From an uncultured Chloroflexia bacterium (GTDB lineage: Bacteria > Chloroflexota > UBA6077 > JACCZL01), in assembly GCA_963765765.1 (NCBI GenBank), contig CAVXYC010000032.1:267882-331881 (forward strand): DNA of 64,000 nucleotides. Direction: 5' to 3'. The translations under genes were made by a program, and so were the position numbers. Below are positions 44,473 to 54,399 of this stretch, in pieces (position 1 is the stretch's first letter; each line of letters begins with the position of its first letter). The notes below the pieces were generated by a model, which was not told the origin of the DNA, ran no database searches, and saw nothing but the letters and a program-made list of their open reading frames with translations.

Positions 44473-44723
44473 AAGCCCGCCCTCACTTTGCTTATATCAA
44501 AGTTACGGTCCGGAAAGGCGTTCAGCACCGTCTCGCCATCTTCCAGCGTGACCACCCTCAGCGCCCTGCCTTCAAATTCGTCGATATAGCCCCAGTGGCG
44601 AATTCGCCCGTCCGGCTGCACGACTCGTGCGACCGGATGAGCAAGGACATGCTCACACCACTCACGCTTGATGTATGGACGTTTTCGTAAGACCTGCTCC
44701 TCGAAATAGCGGGTAGTCTTCAG
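44469..44723 (-). CDS. RelE/BrnT-like putative toxin paired with DUF2283 (CTG start; expected stop lost)
   Basis: KTTRYFEEQVLRKRPYIKREWC..QPDGRIRHW..LRVVTLEDGETVLNAFPDRNF; the frame stays open to 44136. Confidence 0.75.
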
Positions 44724-44735
44724 TGGACTCTCACC

Positions 44736-46514
44736 TTACTTCACCGTCACGCTCTTCGCTAGATTTCGCGGTTTATCCGGGTCATGGCCGCGCAGAAGCG
44801 CCAGGTAATAGCCCAGGAGCTGCGCTGGCACCGCGTTCACAATAGCGGTTGCCGGCCCAACGTCCGCCACGGGAATGTGGTGGTCGAAGGCCTCGTTTGG
44901 CTGAGGTGAGACGCCGATGATCAAGGCGCCACGCGCCTTCACTTCCATGGCCCCTGAGATGATGTCATCGTAGGTCTCATCTCGCGGCGCGATGACCAGG
45001 CAGGGAGTACCTTCCTCGATGAGCGCGATCACGCCATGTTTCAGCTCACCGCCGGCGAAGCCCTCCGCGTGAACGTAGCTCACTTCCTTCACTTTCAGGG
45101 CCGCTTCCAGGGCAAGCGGATAGCTGGGGCCACGGCCAATGACGAAGAGATGCTCCTTGAGATAGATGCGTTCGGCGATCATTCGGATCATGTCGCGGCG
45201 CTCGTCGTCCAGCATGAGCTCGATCTCGTCGGCAGCGCGCTGGATTTGAGCGGGTCCAAGCTCAGGGCGGTCGCTCAGCTCGTACGCCGTCATCAGTAGA
45301 ATGGCCAGCTTGGCCGTGAACGTCTTGGTGGCCAGCACGCAACGCTCCGGCCCGGCGCCCAGCGGCACCGCCTGGTCCGACATGCGCCAGAGCGTGGAGC
45401 CTTCCACGTTCACCAGCGAGCCAATGGTTGCGCCACGACGTTTTGCCGCCTTGATCGAATCTATGACATCGATCGTTTCACCGCTCTGCGAGAGCGCCAC
45501 GATCAGCGAGCCTTCTTCGATAAAGTCCTCCATGTAGGAAAACTCCGAGCCGTTGGCGTAATTCACGTGGCGGCCGGCGATGCGGGCAAAAAGGTACTGC
45601 GCGGCAATGGCAGCGTGGCTGGCGGTGCCGCAACCGACGAAGTATGTTCCACGGGATTTCTGGATGGACACCGCAAGTCCCTTAGTGTGCTCCCTCCAAT
45701 CACGACTCAGACGACGGAGCACAGATGGCTGCTCGTGAATCTCCTTGGTCATGAAGTCTGGGTAGCCGACTAGCTCAGTTGCCTCGGCCTCCCACTCCAC
45801 TTCCGTCACTTCCGGAGTCATCTCATCGGACGTCTCGACATCAAAGATGCGGATGCTGTCCGGGGTAATGAGCGCGGCCTGATGATCCTCGACGAACGTG
45901 ACCTTGCGGGTGTGATCCAACAAGGCGCTGTAGTCGGAGGCCATGAGATTGCCTTGATCGCTCCAGCCGAGCACCAGCGGCGATCCGCTCTTGGCAGCAG
46001 CAATTTGACCGCTCTGGACGTCCAGCACCGCGATGGCATTGAGTCCATCGAGCTTACGGAAGGCGCGCATGACGGCTTCCACCAACGCGTCTGGGCCATT
46101 CTCGACCTTCTCGAGCTCATCGGCTACAAGGTGCACGACGACTTCACTATCGGTCTCGGAGTAAAAAGTGTGGCCGGCCTTGATGAACGGCTCACGTAGC
46201 TCGCGATGGTTGTGCACGATACCGTTGTGAATAAGCGCTAGGCGACGGCGCTCATCGAGATGCGGATGCGCGTTTGGCTCCGTGACGCCACCATGAGTGG
46301 CCCACCTGGTATGTCCCAGGCCTGAATGGCTCGCTGGAAGATTGGTACATGCTTGACCAATCTTGCCGACGCTCTTCTCGATTTCCACGGTGCCGTTGTG
46401 AGCCACAGCAATGCCCCACGAGTCATAGCCGCGGTATTCGAGCTTTTTCAGGCCGCGCAAGACGATGCCAGACGCATCGGTGTCGGCCCCAACGTAACCA
46501 AAAATGCCACACAT
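44736..46514 (-). CDS. glmS: Glutamine-fructose-6-phosphate transaminase (isomerizing)
   Basis: MCGIFG, LEYRGYDS, GHTRWATHG, SQSGET, DKPRNLAKSVTV. Confidence 0.98.
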   Translation of the reverse strand: MCGIFGYVGADTDASGIVLRGLKKLEYRGYDSWGIAVAHNGTVEIEKSVGKIGQACTNLPASHSGLGHTRWATHGGVTEPNAHPHLDERRRLALIHNGIVHNHRELREPFIKAGHTFYSETDSEVVVHLVADELEKVENGPDALVEAVMRAFRKLDGLNAIAVLDVQSGQIAAAKSGSPLVLGWSDQGNLMASDYSALLDHTRKVTFVEDHQAALITPDSIRIFDVETSDEMTPEVTEVEWEAEATELVGYPDFMTKEIHEQPSVLRRLSRDWREHTKGLAVSIQKSRGTYFVGCGTASHAAIAAQYLFARIAGRHVNYANGSEFSYMEDFIEEGSLIVALSQSGETIDVIDSIKAAKRRGATIGSLVNVEGSTLWRMSDQAVPLGAGPERCVLATKTFTAKLAILLMTAYELSDRPELGPAQIQRAADEIELMLDDERRDMIRMIAERIYLKEHLFVIGRGPSYPLALEAALKVKEVSYVHAEGFAGGELKHGVIALIEEGTPCLVIAPRDETYDDIISGAMEVKARGALIIGVSPQPNEAFDHHIPVADVGPATAIVNAVPAQLLGYYLALLRGHDPDKPRNLAKSVTVK

Positions 46515-46714
46515 AGCCAGGAGTGCTCCTCAATCGTCACAAAGACGGCGGAAGGCGGCGAACCACGCCGTTCGCGCCGCAGAGAAGGATCGACAAGCGT
46601 CGCGCCCGCCGGCCGTCAGGAGGCCACAGGCACCGATGCGAAGCCACAGTGCTTCGCAAGCGAGCTATCGATCGGTAAGTTGGTGGGAGTAAATAGGAGG
46701 GTGCACGATACCCT

Positions 46715-46860
46715 CTGCATGGTGGATGGCCTTTGTCAGTGCGTTGCCGCGCTGGTTTGCTCCATCCATGTCGACTATGCAGGCCGAGGGACTATCCGCC
46801 GAGTGTTTCGATGAGTCCCTACCTCGTCATCCGCCGAAGGGCGGACCTGGCGCTCGAGTT
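46715..46860 (-). ncRNA. glmS ribozyme (GlcN6P-activated)
   Basis: Minus strand reads AGCGCCAG..GACGAGGTAGGGACTCATCGAA..CGGCGGATAGTCCCTCGG..CTGCAT..GCAAAC..GGCAAC..ACAAAG..ATGCAG, matching the conserved core and pseudoknot pairing, upstream of glmS. Confidence 0.92.
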
Positions 46861-47009
46861 CTGTCCTACTCCTAGTTAATACTCGGTGCGGTGCACCTCC
46901 ACATAAGAATCGGCTTCATCGTAGCGACTTCGAGAACAGTCGGGCAAGAGCTAATCGGTTGAGACTTGCGACTGAAAAGTGAAAACCGTCGTCATGATTT
47001 CGACACTCT

Positions 47010-47495
47010 TCACTGCTCAAGCGCGCCTCGCACCCGTTCCCAGGTCTGTTCCAGCGACTCAGGTAACACCTTCGTGTCCGCGGTCACAGGCATGAAGTTC
47101 GTATCGCCGCCCCATCGGGGGACCACGTGGACGTGTAGGTGGTCTGGTATGCCCGCGCCGGCAACTCGGCCAAGGTTCATGCCGATATTGAAGCCCTCCG
47201 GGTGGTACTCGCCATCAATGGCGCCCACGATGCGCTGTGCCGTGTGCCACATCTCGGCATTGACCTCGATCGGCAAGCGCGTGAGATCGCCGTTGTGCTC
47301 GTACGGCACGATCAATGTGTGCGCGGTGTTATATGGGAAGAGATTGAGCACCGCGAATACGTTGTCCCCGCGGAGTAGAACCAGCTGCTCACGATCGTTC
47401 GTTGACGCGGCGATATCGCACAGGACGCAGTCAGATGTGGGCTCCAGGGTGCCCGACACGTAGCTCATCCTCCACGGAGTCCAGAGTCGTTCCAT
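47010..47495 (-). CDS. HIT family hydrolase (Ap4A phosphorylase/FHIT-like)
   Basis: MERLWTPWRMSY, CVLC, LNLFPYN, HLHVHVVPRWGGDTNFM. Confidence 0.93.
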   Translation of the reverse strand: MERLWTPWRMSYVSGTLEPTSDCVLCDIAASTNDREQLVLLRGDNVFAVLNLFPYNTAHTLIVPYEHNGDLTRLPIEVNAEMWHTAQRIVGAIDGEYHPEGFNIGMNLGRVAGAGIPDHLHVHVVPRWGGDTNFMPVTADTKVLPESLEQTWERVRGALEQ

Positions 47496-47580
47496 TGGTT
47501 GTGAGGGTATACCGGAAACGGACGGAGCAAGGATCAATCAGGACACCGTCCTTCCTTTCACATTCCCATATAATCGCTCT

Positions 47581-47781
47581 GTGAACCAGCACGACCTCTC
47601 CGGACTTCAGCGAACAATTCTCGAGATTGAAGCGCTCGGTTTGCCTCTGCGAGAAGCCGTTCGACTTGCCAATGCACGAGTTGGCTTCTTCGTTGGCCAG
47701 CAGCGCTACAAGGAAGAGCTCGAGCGCGCGCTCGAGATCATCGGCGCCGATCAGCCAGAGACCGCCGAAGCCACGGGCTAG
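47581..47781 (+). CDS. Small hypothetical protein
   Basis: Protein-like composition; TATAAT just upstream; ends 3 bp before the next gene. Confidence 0.55.
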   Translation: MNQHDLSGLQRTILEIEALGLPLREAVRLANARVGFFVGQQRYKEELERALEIIGADQPETAEATG

Positions 47782-47784
47782 CTC

Positions 47785-48582
47785 GTGGCCTACCCGGACG
47801 TTCCGGGTCTCCGGATCACGCAGGACGGGCCGATCCTGACGATCGCGTTCGACCGGCCGGCGCAGCGGAACTCTTTCACCCCTACCATCGCGGCCGCCCT
47901 TCGCGACGCTCTCATCCTGTCGGCTCGTGCGGCAGACCTTCGCGTCGTATTGCTCCGAGGCAGCGGCAATGAAGCGTTCTCGGCCGGCTATGACATCGGC
48001 GCACTCACAGAGCTTGCTCAACAGGGTACGCGTCCACTCGAAGCGGCCGATCCCTACGAGCAAGCGAACCTCGCGCTACTGCGACATCCCTTGCCCACAG
48101 TGGCCATGCTGCAAGGCTGGGTGATGGGCGGCGGCTGCGCTCTTGCTACCGGGTGCGACATACGAATCGCCGGCGAGAGCGTCAGGATGGGCATGCCCAC
48201 GGCAAAGCTTGGCGTACTCTACGGCTACCATGACTTCGCCCCGTTTTTGGACGCCATTGGCTACGCCTGGACGAAGCACATGTTCATGACCGGTCGGGTG
48301 ATCGATGCGACGACGGCGCTCCGCATCGGCTTAGTTCATGAGCTGGTTTCGGATACCGAGCTAGAGGATTCCACACAACGACTGGTCACTGAGCTGGCCG
48401 AGAACGCGCCCCTCTCCGTTCAAGGAACCAAGCGAGTCCTGAGCTTGATGCGCCCCTCGCTGGACGCTCCGGCTCGAGCCGACATAGAACGGCTCATGCG
48501 CCAGGCACAATCGAGTGTCGATATCGAGGAGGGTCGCCGGGCGTTTCTCGAGAAACGTCGCCCCAAGTTTCAGGGGCACTGA
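47785..48582 (+). CDS. Enoyl-CoA hydratase/isomerase family protein
   Basis: FSAGYDI, MGGGCALATGCDIRIA, EGRRAFLEKRRPKFQG. Confidence 0.92.
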   Translation: MAYPDVPGLRITQDGPILTIAFDRPAQRNSFTPTIAAALRDALILSARAADLRVVLLRGSGNEAFSAGYDIGALTELAQQGTRPLEAADPYEQANLALLRHPLPTVAMLQGWVMGGGCALATGCDIRIAGESVRMGMPTAKLGVLYGYHDFAPFLDAIGYAWTKHMFMTGRVIDATTALRIGLVHELVSDTELEDSTQRLVTELAENAPLSVQGTKRVLSLMRPSLDAPARADIERLMRQAQSSVDIEEGRRAFLEKRRPKFQGH

Positions 48583-48620
48583 GCGGGGACACGGCATCGT
48601 CCCTGCCTCAGACCTTCACA

Positions 48621-49076
48621 ATGCACATGTCCCGACCAGATGACAGTTCGAGCCTGCCGCCGTGGGACGGGGTGGCTCCCGTCGCGGTGCTCGATCGGGT
48701 ACGGCGAATCAATCGGGCGGTCCTGAATCCGGTGGTTTCTCGATTCGCCGGCCGAGTCCCGGGCGCCAGCGTGCTGATTCGACACAGAGGCAGAGCGAGC
48801 GGTCGCATATATGTCACGCCGCTCATCGCCCAGCGCGTTGATGACGGATTCGTCATTCCTCTGACTTACGGGGATCGAGCCGACTGGGTGAAGAACGTCA
48901 TAGCCGATGGGAGAGCTCAGATTCGCCACCAGGGCATCGTCTACACCGTGGGCAAGCCCGTGATGCTGGACGAGCAGACGGCACTGCCGATGCTCTCACC
49001 TTTTCTACGCGTGCCGGTGCGCTGGTTTGGCATGAAGCGCTTCCTATACCTGACCATCGCCTCACCACGGGACTGA
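48621..49076 (+). CDS. Deazaflavin (F420)-dependent nitroreductase family protein
   Basis: IRHRGRASGRIYVTP..LTYGDRADWVKNV. Confidence 0.85.
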   Translation: MHMSRPDDSSSLPPWDGVAPVAVLDRVRRINRAVLNPVVSRFAGRVPGASVLIRHRGRASGRIYVTPLIAQRVDDGFVIPLTYGDRADWVKNVIADGRAQIRHQGIVYTVGKPVMLDEQTALPMLSPFLRVPVRWFGMKRFLYLTIASPRD

Positions 49077-49355
49077 AGCGAGGGCCGCTCTCAGCGATCT
49101 GGTCCAGACGCTATCCGGGTGGGGAACAGGACTCGCCACGCCATCGGGTGTGAGAAAGCGTGCTCGTGCGTACCACCGCCGTTGTGCGACCGGTGGCGCT
49201 GTGGCGGCGCTATCAGGCTGCTGCAGCACGGAGTCGCCAATCGATCGGGCGTTCGAGACTACCAGGCCACCTCCCAGCATGATCGTGGTCAAAGCCAGGA
49301 TCCCTCCCACAATCAGGGATCTACGCAGCCGGCGGTGCGCGGCTGGGAATGCCAC
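49062..49355 (-). CDS. Hypothetical protein with an N-terminal TM or signal segment
   Basis: RRLRRSLIVGGILALTTIMLGG; AGG RBS. Confidence 0.45.
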   Translation of the reverse strand: MAFPAAHRRLRRSLIVGGILALTTIMLGGGLVVSNARSIGDSVLQQPDSAATAPPVAQRRWYARARFLTPDGVASPVPHPDSVWTRSLRAALASVPW

Positions 49356-49361
49356 GCCATC

Positions 49362-49568
49362 CTACCTAGCAACCGGCGACGGCGCTGCCGCGGGCGAGGC
49401 AACGGCACTTGTGCCTGGTGAAGCTACTGGAGATGGCAACGGCGAGGTGACCGGCTTGGTCGCCTCAGCCGGACGAGGTGTGGGCGGGAGATTTTGCGGC
49501 GCCGGCTGACAGGCCAGCACACTCAGACCAAATACGAGAATCAGGCCGAACGATCGATTGACCGCCAT
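49362..49568 (-). CDS. Small Pro/Ser/Ala-rich lipoprotein
   Basis: Lipobox VLAC followed by SPxxSP repeats. Confidence 0.65.
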   Translation of the reverse strand: MAVNRSFGLILVFGLSVLACQPAPQNLPPTPRPAEATKPVTSPLPSPVASPGTSAVASPAAAPSPVAR

Positions 49569-49768
49569 GTATCACCCACCGGATCACGCGATGACTATTA
49601 AGATCCGACCAGAGAATCTTAATATGAAAGTGGTGATTGGCGCACGGGCGATGGCGGATGATACAGACCCGAGGCGCGGCGTAGGAAGACTACAGGGACG
49701 GCATCTTTGTCGTTGACGTCCTTGCTGTCCCTTTCCCTTCGAGCTGCAAGGCATAATGAGCGGGGAGG

Positions 49769-50251
49769 ATGCCCGTCTTGACAGCCCCGGATGAATCCAT
49801 ATTCCTCAGGCTCCGCGATGCACGCATCACCGAGAGCCGCTTGAGCGCCGAGCTCAAGAGCGCCCGCGAAGCCGCTCAGTCTGAACGCGTTACCGAGATC
49901 GAACGCGAGCTAGCGGCGGTGGGACGCGAAATTCGCGAAGTGCAGGCTTTCCTGGATCTGGGAATGCTACCTCCCGAGGCGCGGATGATGGTGTCGCATT
50001 ACTACGGTATGGTGGCGACCGACCTCACGCAGCGGGCTCAGGTGGCCGAGCTGAATCGATATCTACCCAACCCTCAGACGCCGCGAAATCAGGACGCCAT
50101 GACCTACCTGTTTCAACTCTGGGAGCAGCTACGCGACGCGGGTGTCGATGTGCTGCCGGTTGGACCACTGGCGGCCACAAGCGATCCCGACGAGCTGAAG
50201 AGCGGTGCTGAGCTGTTCGGCCGGCTCGCCATTTTCGCCGCCCGCGGCTGA
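49769..50251 (+). CDS. Hypothetical protein
   Basis: GGGGAGG RBS, coiled-coil N-terminus, coding-like codon usage. Confidence 0.65.
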   Translation: MPVLTAPDESIFLRLRDARITESRLSAELKSAREAAQSERVTEIERELAAVGREIREVQAFLDLGMLPPEARMMVSHYYGMVATDLTQRAQVAELNRYLPNPQTPRNQDAMTYLFQLWEQLRDAGVDVLPVGPLAATSDPDELKSGAELFGRLAIFAARG

Positions 50252-50284
50252 TCCGCTCTGACACCCGACACCGCTCCACCGGCT

Positions 50285-51855
50285 GTGGGCACGCTCGCCT
50301 ATCGAGCTCGAATCGCCCTCTTTGGTCTGGCCGTATTCGCGGCAGCGCTGTATGCGCGCTCCCCTGGGTTGGATCTCTATCCAACCCAGGATGAAGACAA
50401 CTGGATGGACCGCGGCTCCGCGTTTAGCACGGCGTTGCAGCGTCAGGATTGGCGAGCCACCTACCGAAGCGGGCACCCCGGGGTCACCACCATGTGGCTG
50501 GCAACACTTGGCATGGGAAGCTTTGCCGAACCGTTGGTGAATCGAACGGACAGGCAAGTCACGCATGCGCCCGAGTTCATGCCCGCGCTGGAGGCAGCAC
50601 GACACGCGATGATCGTGTTCAACGCCGGTATGATCGCCGTCATCACGCTACTCACGGGCCGACTGTTCGGTTGGGCGCCGGCCTTCTTCGCTGCTGGGCT
50701 CCTCGCCTATGAGCCGTTCCTCGTTGCGCATGGACAAGTCGTCCACCTGGATGCGCCAGTGGGCGGACTCATGGCTGTTTCGATGTTGGCCGCCGCGGTC
50801 CGCTGGCTGAGCGGCGGCCAGCATCGGCTTCCTGATCCTCTCCGCGCTAGCGGGCGGATTGGCATTTGTTACCAAGTCACCGTCCGCATTTCTGGTACTG
50901 GCCGTTCCGGTCATCGCGCTTACGGGTCGTCGTCCATGGCGCGATCTGGCCACCGCCAGGAGCTGGTTTTTCGACGTGGTGACGTGGGCTGCCATTGCCC
51001 GGAATCACCTCATTCATCGTCTGGCCGGCGCTCTTTACCCAACCAGTCGACACCATCGGCCGAATGGTCCGCTTCACTCTGGCGGAGGGCGGCCAGCCAC
51101 ATGGACCGGGCAATTTCTTCATGGGGCAGCCCGTCCCGATACCAGGGGCGCTGTTCTACCCCGTAGCACTGCTTTATCGCCTGACGCCCCTCACGTTGCT
51201 CGGAATCGCCAGCCTCGTGGTCTTCAATTGGTGGCGCGTCGGCGTGCTAAGGTCAGCGCGCCCTGCGTGGCTCTTGATTGGCCTGGTGATCGCGTTTGCG
51301 ATCTTCATGAATCTGGGCGCCAAGAAGCTCGACCGATACATCCTTCCCGCGGTGCCGCTGATCGACGTACTGGCCGGCTGCGGGCTCTGGGCTGCCACGC
51401 ATGCATTGCTCATGCGCATCAAAAATCTTGAGGGCAATGCCCGCCTGGTTACAGCAGCGCCGTTGATTGTGCTGCTGCTCCAGCCGCTTTCCTGGCAGAG
51501 CGCGCTTCCCTACCCACTGTCGTACTACAACGCGCTTCTGGGCGGGGGCGCCGCGGCACAACAAATGGTCCTGGTGGGCTGGGGCGAAGGACTGGATCAG
51601 GCGGCTCACTTCATCAACGCTCAGCCTGACGCCGCGAGTGCAACGGTGGGTGTGTATTACCCGCTGACCGTGAACTTCCAGGCGCTGCTCAACGGAACTG
51701 CCGTCTCGTTCGGCCCCAACGTAACACCGACGTATATTGTGGACTACATCAACGCGCGCCAGCGTGGGCAGATTCCAGCGCAGGTGCTGGGTCGCACGCC
51801 GAACTATTCCGTCTGGATCAACGGAATAGAATACGCGAGAGTCTATCGTCTGTAG
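50285..51855 (+). CDS. GT-C (family 39-like) membrane glycosyltransferase (2 frameshifts)
   Basis: TQDEDNW, GHPGVTTMW, EPFLVAH, LAFVTKSP, KKLDRYILP, PYPLSYYNALLGG..GWGEGL. Confidence 0.85.
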
Positions 51856-51868
51856 GCTTTTCGGATAG

Positions 51869-51900
51869 AAAAAGAAGGCCACCGGATTGGTGGTCTTCTT
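51869..51900 (-). terminator. Intrinsic terminator
   Basis: aagaaggccacc-ggatt-ggtggtcttctt with an A-run on the plus side (U-tract on minus), between convergent genes. Confidence 0.7.
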
Positions 51901-51921
51901 CATCCATTCACTGATGACTGT

Positions 51922-52128
51922 CTAAGGTAATGATGGTGGGCCTGCGATTCCTTCACCCACGGCCTGAGTCAACGCCTCCCAACCGACATTAAGCTCGAGC
52001 GCTTGCTCCATCAAGCTCACTCCATCGTGAACCTGCTTTGCGGCAAATGCCGCTCGGATGTCATCGAGAAGGCGACCAACCTGGGTCACCTGACCGATCA
52101 AGGGGGAAGTGGGCTCCATTGCCTGCAC
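51922..52128 (-). CDS. Small hypothetical protein
   Basis: GAGGTG RBS-like sequence, helical composition, terminator downstream. Confidence 0.55.
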   Translation of the reverse strand: MQAMEPTSPLIGQVTQVGRLLDDIRAAFAAKQVHDGVSLMEQALELNVGWEALTQAVGEGIAGPPSLP

Positions 52129-52702
52129 CTCTTGGAAGCGGATGGTCGGATTGTAATGACTCGGTCACAACAACGCCACAATTAGCGACATCAAAATAAC
52201 AAGGTTTTGGCGAGAATCGTTATCAAGGCTGGATGGACTAATCCGCTCTCCGCGCGGCACGTTAGCCTTTGGCAAGCTGGCGACAGGCAGCGTCAAACTC
52301 AGCATTGCTTCCTTTCCGAAGCTCGGCTGGGGCGAAGCTGTCATCCGGGTCGGCCCTACTCACCGGACGCACTGGGCGGAAGCCGCCATCTGGATCAAAC
52401 GGATTCTCGTTCGATTGAAGTGTGATGGATTGCCCGCTCCAGACACCTGTGAGCATCATGTTCAAAGCGCTCTGGCTGGGGTCCCCGTACTCTCAGGAGC
52501 CAGGCCCACGGTCGCTTCATCGCGCGAGTTAGCCAGGCGGTCACAACACAGCATGCCTTGAGCGACTTTTGGACTTTTAGATGTCGACAAGTCGTCTATC
52601 AGCACACACAATGAACTCGCTCAGGCCGTTGGACGAGTCGGAGCGTGAAGCGCTCCGACGTTCAGTCCTCGTCGCCTTCGTTCTTGTAACGAACGGAGAC
52701 CT

Positions 52703-53833
52703 TCAGCTCAATTGGGCAACGCTCTCTGTCTGAGGGATGGCGTAGGCCGCTATGGGCCGGCGAAAACCCTTGAGCGTGAGCTCGGGCAGCTCGTCCGCGC
52801 TGATTCGGTCTTCAACAAGAGTGTAGGCGCGCTGGCTGATGAGGATCTGGCCAGGCTGGGCCTCGTCGCACAGTCGGGACGCGAGGTTCACCACCGTGCC
52901 GATGACGCCATAGTCTTGCCGGCCTTCGAACCCCAGAACGCCGAGGGTGGCATAGCCGTAAGCGATGCCAACACCAAAGCCCACGTCCCAGCCTTGCCGT
53001 TTCCAGCCGATACTGAGCTCCGCCATACGGTCACGCAGATCCAACGCAAGCCGAACGGCCAACCCGGTCGGGTCATCGCAGGGAAATGGATCGTTGAAAA
53101 AGATCATGAGCCCATCGCCGGCGAAATGCCCCACAGTGCCCTGGTATTTGGTGATCAGTGGTCCCGCCGCATCGTGGTACTCACGAAGCACGGTCATGAC
53201 TTCCTCGGGCTCGGCGGTCTCTGCAAAAGCAGTGAATCCGCGTAGGTCGCAAAATAGCACCGCGATCTGTCGCCGATGGGTGCCCAGAGCGCTCTCATCA
53301 CCCGAGTTGACAATCGCCTCGGCAACCTGCGGCGATAGAAAGCTCTGCAAGCGTGCCATGCGCCCAATCTGTTCTACCTGTGCCTGTACGCGGTCCTCGA
53401 GCGACCGATTCCAGGAAGATAGCTCGGCCGATTGCGCCTCGATAGTGTCGTGATAACGCTTGATCCGCAACAGCGATTTGACTCGAGCCAGAAGCTCGGC
53501 CTGGTTGAAGGGTTTCGAAATAAATTCATCCGCACCCGCCTCGAGCGCCTTGAGCTTTTCCTGGTCGCCCGCGGCAGTAATCATGACGACTGGAAGAGCG
53601 CGGCTCGCGGGATCATCCCTGAGTCTGCGACACACCTCGTAACCGTCCATGACCGGCATCTGGATATCCAGAAGAATCAGGTCAGGAGGCGAATCGGCCA
53701 CGATATTGAGTGCTTCCAGGCCTGACGTCGCGGGAATCACCGCGTATCCACGCGGACTGAGCACTGCGTCCAGCAGTCTGATGTTTTGAGGCGTGTCATC
53801 CACGACAAGAATGCGCGGCGATTCTTCAGTCAT
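52703..53833 (-). CDS. Response regulator receiver fused to a class III adenylate cyclase
   Basis: ILVVDD, LLDIQMP, SKPF; FCDLRGFT, GDGLM, DYGVIGTVVNLASRL. Confidence 0.95.
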   Translation of the reverse strand: MTEESPRILVVDDTPQNIRLLDAVLSPRGYAVIPATSGLEALNIVADSPPDLILLDIQMPVMDGYEVCRRLRDDPASRALPVVMITAAGDQEKLKALEAGADEFISKPFNQAELLARVKSLLRIKRYHDTIEAQSAELSSWNRSLEDRVQAQVEQIGRMARLQSFLSPQVAEAIVNSGDESALGTHRRQIAVLFCDLRGFTAFAETAEPEEVMTVLREYHDAAGPLITKYQGTVGHFAGDGLMIFFNDPFPCDDPTGLAVRLALDLRDRMAELSIGWKRQGWDVGFGVGIAYGYATLGVLGFEGRQDYGVIGTVVNLASRLCDEAQPGQILISQRAYTLVEDRISADELPELTLKGFRRPIAAYAIPQTESVAQLS

Positions 53834-53848
53834 CGAAGATACCGGTAG

Positions 53849-53948
53849 CCGAGCCGCGACCGTCAGAGAGCCGTTCCTCTTGCGAATACGTCACGCCACG
53901 CAGCGATGAATTCTCGGACAGAACCGCTCTCTGACGGTCGCGGCTCGG
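53849..53948. repeat. REPIN-like inverted REP pair (28-bp arms, 1 mismatch, 44-bp spacer)
   Basis: ccgagccgcgaccgtcagagagccgttc ... gaaccgctctctgacggtcgcggctcgg. Confidence 0.8.
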
Positions 53949-53965
53949 AGAAGTGACAGGGGGCA

Positions 53966-54349
53966 TCACGCGTCACCCTCGCTTCTCAGGAAAGACCGCA
54001 CCTGGTTGCCGAACTCGCGTACGTCGATGGGCTTGGTGAGGTAGCCGTCGAATCCAGCGGCGAGAAAGCGCTCGCGATCTTCGCGCATCGCCGACGCCGT
54101 CAACGCAACGACCGGGGTCTCCGCCATAGAGGGATTTTCGCGCAGCCGTGCCAGCGCCTCAACACCGTTCATACCGGGGAGCTGGTAGTCCATGAGCACG
54201 AGGTCAGGCTTATGCTCAATGGCCAGCTCGATTCCCCGCTCAGCGGTCGATGCCTCAATGGTCCGGAAGCCGCGGAACTGCAGCACGTCGCGGGCGAGCT
54301 TGAGATTCTTTTCGTTGTCTTCCACGATGAGGATCAGCTCACCGGCCAT
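53966..54349 (-). CDS. Single-domain response regulator (DivK-like)
   Basis: ILIVEDNEKN, LMDYQLP, ALTASAM, YLTKPID. Confidence 0.95.
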   Translation of the reverse strand: MAGELILIVEDNEKNLKLARDVLQFRGFRTIEASTAERGIELAIEHKPDLVLMDYQLPGMNGVEALARLRENPSMAETPVVALTASAMREDRERFLAAGFDGYLTKPIDVREFGNQVRSFLRSEGDA

Positions 54350-54399
54350 GGGGTGCTCCCCCGCCAACAAGGTTCGGGCTCGATGATAAGCAGACAGGA

